DNA of 45,639 nt from Octopus sinensis. Lineage: Eukaryota. Made by a program: the position numbers and the translations under genes. Position 1 is the stretch's first letter. Every line of letters starts with the position of its first letter. The notes below the pieces were generated by a model. The model saw only the letters and a program-made list of their open reading frames with translations. It ran no database searches and had not been told where the DNA came from. Positions 35,841 through 45,639 of the stretch are shown here, piece after piece. The stretch is from NCBI RefSeq assembly GCF_006345805.1, contig NW_021834868.1, forward strand, positions 1 to 45,639, given 5' to 3'.

Positions 35841-35859
35841 TTTGTGTGTGTGTGTGTGT

Positions 35860-35897
<38 letters not shown>

Positions 35898-36935
35898 AAT
35901 AATAATTCTCTCTCCCTGATAATAAACTACAGATCCCTCTGTAGGGACTTGTTGCTCTATAACTCACGTGGGTGGACGAGGGAGGTTACAAAGTTTCATT
36001 CGTACTTTTTGAATTCGTTAGTACTGGCGGTCGAAGATGGTTTGTCTGAGATTACTCATATCAGACGGGTATGTTCGATTTTTAGTGCTCTCAAATCCAA
36101 ACCTAAAGAAATCTTGGGCTGATGACGGAAATGTTGATCTCTATATCCAACTAATCCAGAAACGGCGTTCTCAAGTAATCGATGTACGTGTGATCTTTCG
36201 TTATTTTTCCCTCTATACCTGCGGGAATTATTTTTGAGTATACATTGTCTGGGAGACTTTTCTTATAGTAGAGGAAATAGCTAAAACTTTTTGGCTGCTA
36301 TTTCTAAAAGTTCGGTGTGTGGTAAAGTAAATTATTTTACTGAACCCTAATTATATAACGTAATGTTTTATGTATATATATATATACATATATATATTAT
36401 ATATATATATTGCAGATAATGCGGTATCTGATGATGTAAGATAATTGTTGGTGCATACGATTAGGGCTCAGGACGACCTTCTGCTTAGACTCCAACTCTC
36501 GAGGGAGCTTAAATTGGAAGGATGTTATAGCTGCCTAAATGAAGATTGGCTATAAACAATGTATCGATCAAACCGATACATATGTAATACAATAAAATGT
36601 TAGACAGTGAAACGATTGGTGTCTAGTTATATAATGGCATTTATTATATTTATACAATATATAGGGGGAAACGAATGAGGATTTTAAATCACAAGAAACC
36701 TGTAAAATTCAATATGGTTGAAACAAATGCTGATGTACTGCAGGAATTATTCGAAAGTAAGTCTGAAGTATTCGTATTCGATTGTAGGTTGAGATATTGT
36801 TTATACAGACGTTATAGTAACTTTCAATGCTGGCTCTAAAGTCTATAGAAAAGCTGCAGGGATAGCTTTAAAAATCATATGTAAAATTCTAAACTGAAAG
36901 AGAAGGAATAAAAAGGAGGCAAGTATAGAGATTTC

Positions 36936-36990
36936 TGCCTTACAGCTGTTTCAAGAATAGACGCGCGGTTGGTGTAATTCCCTGTAAGCA
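36936..36990 (-). ncRNA. Hammerhead relic with the catalytic core deleted
   Basis: Minus strand TGCTT-aca-GGGAAT...ATTCTT-GAAAC-AGCT-GTA-AGGCA; stems present, CUGANGA lost. Confidence 0.4.
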
Positions 36991-37681
36991 ATCTGCAACT
37001 AGCAGACTTCTTACAGTAGCAATATATACCATATGTATGCATGCCTATGTGTGTGTATAGATACACACACGTATGAATGTGTGTGTGTATAGATACACAC
37101 AAGTATAAATGTATGTGTGTAAACACACACACACACAGACACACACACACAAATGTATGTGTCAAATTAATTTCGTATATAAAAGCGATTTGCATAGAGA
37201 TTTTTATTTCTGTGTGACTATGTTTGTGAATTTACGTATGTATTACTGTATGCATTTCTATGTATGTCTGTAAATGTATGCAAGTATTTATGAGTCTATA
37301 TTTATATGTGGTTGTCATATTTTATGCATGAGCCAATGCATATATGATTAGGCGGGGTTTTATGTACGTTGAGCATACGTGAATGCACTTGAGTGTTTGT
37401 TTGAATCTGTATTAGATGTGCATATACGTATGCATGCATTAATATTATGTGTGCTTATATCTAAAATATATGTGTATATGTACCCGCATGTAGATGTGTT
37501 GTGTTTATTGTAAGAATATATATATATTATATATATATATATAGATATAACAATATATATATATATATTATATATATATACATTATATATATATATCTAC
37601 ATATATATATATATATATATATACATATATATATCTATATTATATATATATATTATAGATAATGTATATATAATAATTATA

Positions 37682-37779
<98 letters not shown>

Positions 37780-37997
37780 CTTATGTGTGTGTGTGTATGT
37801 GTCTGATAAACAGACAGATAGATAGATATATGGGATATATATATAGAGAGAGAAGAGATATAGATAGATAGATAGATAGATAGAGATAAATAAATAATTA
37901 AATATAAAAAGCAAATGTATCTACATATACATGTATATACGTGTGTGCGCGTGTGACTGTATGTGTGCGCGTGTGTGTGTATTGCATGTACTATTTC

Positions 37998-38036
<39 letters not shown>

Positions 38037-38739
38037 GTATTCTTAGACAAAATATCTAATGGTTCGTTATAAAACGAAATCGAAATGTTATTTTCATGTT
38101 TTAAGGTTCCCATAAAATGTTTCCAGGTTTTTATCACCGAAACGAAATGGAGAATTCTCTGAATCGAAACATTTTAAAACTTTGCAAAGTCATTAATTTT
38201 TCTCTATCTGATTTTCATGTCCTGCTTTAAATTTTTATCTTTTATCGTTTTCTTATCTCCATTTATATATATATAATATATAATATATATATATAGTATA
38301 TATATATATATATATACTCACACACACGTACACACATACACACACACATGCATACACACATAAACATACAAGATAATATTGTTCAATCCTACGAACTCAG
38401 CCTTGGAATAGTAATGTATACATATACATACGTGCATATACGTATGTATGTATGTATGTATGTATGTATGGATGGATGGATGGATGGATGGATGGATGGA
38501 TGGATGGATGGATGGATATGCATGAAATTGAAAATGATAGAATCGTTGATACTGTCGAAGAAAGTACTAAAAGCTCGACTAATGTTGTGAAAAGGATTTT
38601 ATTTGATAAAGGTGACATTTTGGGGATTATCATGGAGTTTTTCCTGATAGGCCGATGAGTAAGATGATCTCTGGAAAGAAGTTACAGGTTTTATTATTTC
38701 TCTCATATGTTTTACATTCAATACGCATACTTCATTTAC

Positions 38740-39670
38740 AATGATGCAGTATTGAAGCCAAAGAAACATCTGTCCTAATTCCTAAAGGAATGCCTGTGCA
38801 ATTAATATTTCAATTTAAATGGGTTTCGAGGCATACCAGCATAAGCTACTTAGTTGCTGTCAGGGTAACTGAACATCGTATCCCCTGAAACATATTCTAG
38901 TAGACAGTTGTTGGAATAAGAGCATTTGCATATGGAGATGTTCTAGTTTTGTCACGTTTACTAAATCCTTAAATCCTTAAAAATGTTTTAGCCCGAAGGC
39001 CGCGGCCATGCTGGAGCACCACCGCTGAGTTTAAAATTTATTATAATGTACTAAATTACAGTCACAGTTCTAGCTGATATTATGCTTTTAATAACTGGTG
39101 GTACTTATTGTTTAAGTGAAAAGCTTCTGAAGGAACTAAAAGAAAACTCGCATCAATTGATTGCCTGTTGTTAAATTTTTGTTTTAACTGAGGCAGGAGG
39201 GATATGTTGCTCTGCAAAAGAGTTCCTCTTTAAAGCTACCTCAAGCCAAAATTTCACTGTAACATGCCTCGTAAAAAATTTACTCGTTGGTGAAAGTTAA
39301 GGAAGACTAAGTGAGGTGTTCGGGATAAGCTTCTAGAAATTATTTCTGGGGTGGTTAGAGTGTCTGTAGATATAATACATTACGTTAAATGAGTGATATC
39401 GGGTAATGAAGAAGATTCGTGTGGTCTAATGTAACATCAAGATAGGTAGCTTTTGGGAAATAAACTTCGACTGTTATTCAAAAGCCTAAGTTCTTTGAAA
39501 AGTTGAGAACCCATCGGTTGCATGTGAGTTGGTATTATTCAAAATCAAAAACCCGTCGTCTCTATAAAAGCCGCTCACGAATTGTTATACATGCTCGAAT
39601 GACATCCGTGAAATATAACGATAACTTCAAGATCAAGTTAATAAAACATCAACAATCCACTGCTCGATGT
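38740..39670 (-). mobile_element. Highly decayed Penelope-like element (RT + GIY-YIG endonuclease)
   Basis: Minus strand GFYRDDGFLILNN (YRDDG at 39566-39552), ITVEV...TYLDVTLD (~39444-39424), YIYRHSNHP (~39350), then AYAGMPRNPFKLKY*LHRHSFRN (~38846-38778), in the canonical PLE order. Confidence 0.8.
38961..39028 (-). mobile_element. Extremely 5'-truncated non-LTR 3' end inserted in the Penelope relic
   Basis: Matches 343-410; possible TSD GTTTA at 38956-38960 and 39029-39033; (TTTAAGGA) tandem tail. Confidence 0.7.
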
Positions 39671-40483
39671 TATTACGGATGCCCTGGACTCCGCGGAAGT
39701 CAACTCCTACTTCGTTGACCTCTACGTATTGCACAAAATGAAAACCGGAATTTCTGAAATAACAACCACCACCGTTGCCGCCCTACCAGCGCTACTGCTA
39801 CCATCAACAACAGTAACAAGTGTCAGCATCAAAACCATTACTACCAACTAAATATGTGCGCATGCGTGTGTGTATGAGTGTGTATATATATATGTGTGTG
39901 TGTTGTGTGTGTGTGTGTGTGTATGTGCGTGTATACCTCCTCTCTCTCTCTCTCTCTCTCTCTCACGCGAACTTATGCATTTCTATCTGATTGGATTGGC
40001 AACTGAGTTTAAGCTACACACACACATAAACACACACCGATACACGCATACACATTCAACCACATAAACACATGCACAAACAGAGGCAGACACATACTGA
40101 TACACCCACGTTCCCTCCAGTCGCCTGACAATCAAATTAACCCCTTCTTGGTCTGGTAATTGAGTAATTGGACGTTAAACTGCATTTTCGACCAAATACA
40201 TTTCCAATAAACACATTCACACTTACACATGGCACACATACACGCAAAAACGCAAATGCATAGGCCTTCACTTCACACACATATACATGCACACAGGTAC
40301 ATACACACACGTACACATACGCTAATACACACGCCCTATCACGCCACAAGTACACACGGTGGCATGCAGTCATTCACATCACATTTCTGCATACATACAT
40401 GTACACATACACGTATACACATACACACACATACATACAGTTACAGAAGCGTAAAGACTTCTTTCGCATCATACACGAACACA

Positions 40484-40645
40484 TAGGCGCAGGAGTGGCT
40501 GTGTGGTAAGAAGCTTGCTAACCAACCACATGGTTTCGGGTTCAGTCCCACTGCGTGGCACCTTGGGCAAGTGTCTTCTACTATAGCCCGGGCCGACCAA
40601 GCCTTGTGAGTGGATTTGGTTGACGGAAACTGAAAGCAGCCCGTC

Positions 40646-40721
<76 letters not shown>

Positions 40722-40945
40722 ATGTGTGTGGTTTGTGTGTCTGTGTTTGTCCCCCTAGCATTGCCTGACAACCGATGCTGTTGTGTTTACGCCCCGTCAC
40801 TTAGCGGTTTGACAAAAGAGACCGATAGAATAAGTACTGAGCTTACAAAGAATAAGTCCTGGGGTCGATTTGCTCGACTAAAAAGGCGGTGCTCCAGCAT
40901 GGCCGCAGTCAAATGACTGAAACAAGTAAAAAGAGTAAAAGAGAG
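40484..40945 (+). mobile_element. Full-length SINE, same family as 10861, with an expanded internal (TA)n
   Basis: Aligns to 10861-11260. Confidence 0.92.
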
Positions 40946-41234
40946 TATATAAGATACACATATATACACAAGTGCGCATGCCCAAACACACGCATGTTCC
41001 TACCACACATGTAAAAGTACATATACACACACACACACACACCACACTTCTTCATTTCATAGACATATACACACAAATACATAAACATAAAAGAAAGTGG
41101 ATCTCCGTCGTCTTCGACGGTGTGTATCCAAGTTGCTCAATCAACTGTTCTGACCGGCAAAATCAGGATGATGAAATATGTGACAAAGTCAGCCATTTCA
41201 CTTCCTAGTACATTCAATGTGACGGGATTCCTTA

Positions 41235-41390
41235 TAGTTTCCTTAAAATCAGTTTTATTCACAAAGCTTGGGCGGAGCCGAAGCTATGGTGAAAGACACT
41301 TGTACATTGATACCACAGAATCGGATCGAAACTTTGATCACGCGGTTGCAAAGTGAACTTTTTAACCATGCAACCGTTCCTGCGCGAGCG
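41235..41390 (-). mobile_element. Old diverged 5' half of the 10861 SINE family
   Basis: Minus strand gcgcaggaacggttgcatggttaaaaag...ttcgatcc...caagtgtctttcaccatagc...caagctttgtga. Confidence 0.6.
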
Positions 41391-41798
41391 TGCAACACAC
41401 ACAGAATACTTTTACAAGGATTGAACCTTTGTCCAAAGGGTATATGTGTTGCTGTGTCCATGTCTTTACCCACAAGACCATACACACAACCAAACACGCA
41501 CTCATGTACACACATACACTTAAGAACACTCAAATTATCCGAAGGCGGACAAGAAAAATACTGTCCCCGTTAATGTATAATGGAAAAGGAGGATGCTTAA
41601 TTCATGATATTCCTACATCTTGGGGAAACATAGACTCCTGTTGCTCATTAATTTCTAAGGGGGGACGATTAAAATTAAGCCTGTCCTTTGTGTGTAATTT
41701 CTGCACCCGGAGCAGCCACCACAACTGTAGAACAGAAGATCCCAGGTTGCATTCCAGTAGTAGTAGTTGTGGTGGTACGGTCATTATTATTATTATTA

Positions 41799-41844
<46 letters not shown>

Positions 41845-41860
41845 TTATTATTATTATTAT

Positions 41861-42415
41861 TGAGTGAGAGAGCAGTACATGCCATCAAAGTGACACTGGG
41901 GTAAAATATACGAAGCCCAATATACCCATCATGACTACCCGTCTGATAAGGGTACACCAGGCACATGCATCACAACCATATGTGCGCGACATGATGATCT
42001 CATATCAAGATAAACAGCACATGACCTTGCAGGTGGGGCCCAGTTAGAATTTTTCTTCTGGTTGAGTAAACCCATCCCGCCTCAAAAGGTCCCTGAATAA
42101 GGGTTGTTTAAGGATGTTGAAAGAACCACCCATGTTTCCAGAGGTGAATTATTCAAACCCCAAATAATCCCTCTCAACCACATGGCTATGATGCTCCCCC
42201 ACTACTTCTGCTCGTCAGAGATGCACATATCGTCAGCCACTAAGGGACATGCTCAACTGGTTAAGGTCAAACAACTGACAAGCAAATCTGTGGTATTGAG
42301 CAGAATATTTGCTGTAGCCCATCTTTTATACCAAGACAAAAAATGTACATGTTAACACTTCCAATCAGTTAAGATCAGAAGCCATGAGAGCCACTGCCTG
42401 GTACTGCATCAGGGC

Positions 42416-42418
<3 letters not shown>
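41861..42418. mobile_element. Probable interspersed repeat embedded in a (TTA)n microsatellite
   Basis: About 560 bp of complex non-coding sequence with sharp edges and (TTA)n on both sides; single copy here, family not assigned. Confidence 0.45.
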
Positions 42419-42470
<52 letters not shown>

Positions 42471-42534
42471 AGACAATAGTAGTAGTTATGGTGGTGGTGG
42501 TGGTGTTTTGGTGGTGGTGGTGGTGGTGGTGGTG

Positions 42535-42718
42535 GTATTTCGGCTGCCGTTACGTTCTGAGTTCAAATTCCGCTGAGGTCGACTTTGCCTTTCATCCTTT
42601 CGGGGTCGATAAATTAAGTACCAGTTACGCACTGGGGTCGATGTAATCGACTTAATCCGTTTGTCTGTCCTTACTTGTCCCCTCTGTGTTTAGCCCCTTG
42701 TGGGTAGTAAAGAAATAG
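42535..42718 (+). mobile_element. 5'-truncated SINE with the Deu/Nin-like domain
   Basis: gagttcaaattccgctgaggtcgactttgcctttcatcctttcggggtcgataaattaagtacc; tail ...agccccttgtgggtagtaaagaaa. Confidence 0.85.
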
Positions 42719-42986
42719 GTAGTGGTAGTAGTGGTAGTAGTAGTAGTAGTAGTAGTTGTAGTAGTAGTAGTAGTAGTAGTTGTAGCGGTAGCAACAGTTG
42801 TTGTTGCTGTTTTTAAGCTTCTATGTTCCTGTTTTACATTAAAGCAATTACATTTTCGTAAACAATCTGCAAACATATCACAGATTCCTTTTTTCTTAAA
42901 TTTATTTAACTTGTTTTTGTATTAAACAGATTGCATTTATCATTTTACACCTTGCAGCCTTGTTTTTATGCGTGTGTGTGCGTGCT

Positions 42987-43022
<36 letters not shown>

Positions 43023-43032
43023 TGTGTGTGTG

Positions 43033-43073
<41 letters not shown>

Positions 43074-43329
43074 CTTTTTCATTCACTGCTCGAAATTTTC
43101 AATAACATGATACCTATATATTACAATTTTCCTACATTACCACTCTCATAATCACTCTTTCTCTCTTTCACACGCTTTCATGGATACACATACACACACA
43201 CCACACGCACGCACGCAGAGAGAAAGAACGAAAGAGAGAGAGAATGAGAAACTATTAAATATACACCCATACGCATCTATATACACATATACAAATAAAC
43301 GTTTATATTTAGGTGAATCTTGATATAAA

Positions 43330-43410
43330 GCAGAACGCTATCAGGCTGACAGAGATCGAACTCTCAGATCACCAGTTAGTAGCTCAAATTGATTCCGACT
43401 TAGCCAAATT
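43330..43410 (-). mobile_element. tRNA-like SINE head relic
   Basis: Minus strand A-box tggctaagtcgg and B-box gagttcgatct; no cloverleaf. Confidence 0.35.
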
Positions 43411-43579
43411 GTAAGCCTTATACGCTCAACCAACCTCAATACTCACTCTATATTTTAAAGTACTTCTACTTTCGCTTTCTGTTTCGACTCCCGCCAAAAT
43501 GTTTTACATTCCTTTAAACTGACTTCACCAACGAAACTGATTATTATTTCCTAATGACCCCCACCCCTGCAATAAGATT

Positions 43580-43842
43580 GTCGTATGTGTATATGTGTGT
43601 ATATGTAAACAAAGATATGTGTATGTATATATATAGATATGTGTACATATGTATTTAGATGTATTCATATCTGCATTTGTATACACACATACACGCACAC
43701 TTACATATGCGCATATATAAATATTTGCATTTCTATATGTATATAGGTACATATATATGTATATATACATATATATATATATGTACAAATACATATACAT
43801 ACATATATACAATATACATATTTATATTGTTATATATATACA

Positions 43843-43876
<34 letters not shown>

Positions 43877-43981
43877 CATATATATATTTATATTTGTGTA
43901 TTTATATATACATATGCAACAATATATATGTATATAGGTACATATATATATATACATATACAGATACAATACATAGCATAC

Positions 43982-44014
<33 letters not shown>

Positions 44015-44020
44015 TTATAT

Positions 44021-44051
<31 letters not shown>

Positions 44052-44119
44052 ATTATGCATTATGTATTGTTATATGTATATATGTATATATATATTAATG
44101 CATGTACGTATATAGGTAC

Positions 44120-44170
<51 letters not shown>

Positions 44171-44387
44171 GATATATATATGTATATATATATAGTGTAT
44201 ATATCATTATGTAAAAGGTAAAAAACGGGTGTGAAAAAATCCTGAATCTAGGGCTATATAGATAAAAGAAAAAATCTCAATATCCGAATGTGTGCGTATA
44301 AACAGAACGAAATAATGTCGGATGTAAAAGAAAGAGAGGAACTGATAAAGGAAAATTTTGAAAAAAATTGGTGCGTTTGCGTGTGTG

Positions 44388-44424
<37 letters not shown>

Positions 44425-44692
44425 GGAAGAGATGAAAGACATGTATGAAATGCTTGAAATAACAGAGGAGAACGAATAAGCAATGACAGGGTTTGCTTTG
44501 GAGCAAGGTGCAATCTTCGAGAAATATTTGGTTGAAGATAAAGGACGACGCAGCATATATATATATATATATATAGATAATATATATATATATCTATATA
44601 TATATATATATTATATATATATATAATATATATATGTATACATACATACATATAATATATATATATATATGTAACATTATATATATATATAT

Positions 44693-44755
<63 letters not shown>

Positions 44756-45048
44756 ATAGAGAGAGAGGGGGGAGAGGGAAAGGTGAATATAGTAAGAGTG
44801 AAAAGTGAAGAAAACAAGAAAGAAAGAGAACAAGACGAATATTTCTGGTTAATTTAGCATTTAATATTAAAGTATGTGTGTTTGTGAATAGGCATATGTG
44901 AGTGTGCGTATGCATGTGGGCACACATATACATATAGATGGGTATAGATATAGATGTATGCATACATATACGTTTATATATAAGTATGTACACACACTCA
45001 TACATACATGCATAATAATACATACATACATGCACACATACATACATG

Positions 45049-45090
<42 letters not shown>

Positions 45091-45186
45091 CATACATGCA
45101 TACATACATATATATATATATACATACATGCATGCATACATACATACATGCGTACATACATACATTTTTTTACATACATACATACA

Positions 45187-45222
<36 letters not shown>

Positions 45223-45250
45223 GTGTGTGTGTGTGTGTGTTTGTTTGTAA
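43580..45250. repeat. (TA)n/(TACA)n/(GATA)n/(TG)n microsatellite blocks
   Basis: Directly visible. Confidence 0.9.
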
Positions 45251-45639
45251 ACAAGGTGATATTAGAATGTTCCTGAAGCAGTGGTGTGAAGTTGCAGTTT
45301 TATATAACACTCTGTACTGCTGACAATCATTGGGAGACATCCTACTCCGTCATTCTGCTTGGAAGCTCCATGGTATTTCTTCCTGCTCTACTGTTGCTCC
45401 AGGTTTTGCAACGCTGAGTTAAAACGGTTCACAAATTTTAACAATGGATAACAATTTGAGCGGATAGAACCTCTTCTTATTTGTTTTGTATCTGAAACAT
45501 AATGCCGTTAAAATTAATGGTTCGAATCAATAAGATATACTTAATATTTATGTGGCAGCTGTAACTCTCTTTGCAGTTGTTTCTATTTAATAACTCACTG
45601 TAGCAGTGATTGAATGGGAAATGTTTATCAGTAATATCT

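Noticed and set aside
39631-39752. Exon-like minus-strand frame NSGFHFVQYVEV...VDVLLT*
   Set aside because: It abuts or overlaps the Penelope relic, and no upstream exon or homologue is recognised.

Overview
Eukaryotic, AT-rich, microsatellite-saturated DNA. The SINE families and the (TA)n/(TACA)n/(TAA)n landscape point to a coleoid cephalopod, probably Octopus; this is inferred from recall of repeat families, not from a search. I recognise no conserved host gene. Most of the window is decayed transposable elements: two Gypsy LTR retrotransposon relics with nested insertions, an RTE-type LINE 3' end, a Penelope RT + GIY-YIG relic, five Tc1/mariner copies (DD34E, two DD34D, two DD37D/maT), a non-autonomous Helitron and at least three tRNA-derived SINE families. 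Most ORFs in the supplied track are microsatellite artefacts. Four things stand out. (1) About seven Penelope-type type-I hammerhead ribozyme motifs, several with variant cores or palindromic stem III, with a dense cluster plus two long inverted repeats at 12.36-13.63 kb. (2) A microsatellite-poor island at about 1.1-6.6 kb with an intact 601-aa basic/acidic ORF and tightly packed, stop-poor decayed frames on both strands, possibly a degraded endogenous DNA virus or large element (speculative). (3) A 150-bp near-perfect fold-back made of mariner transposase sequence. (4) A 120-bp locally templated inverted insertion inside a Gypsy gag. All coordinates and translations were read by hand.
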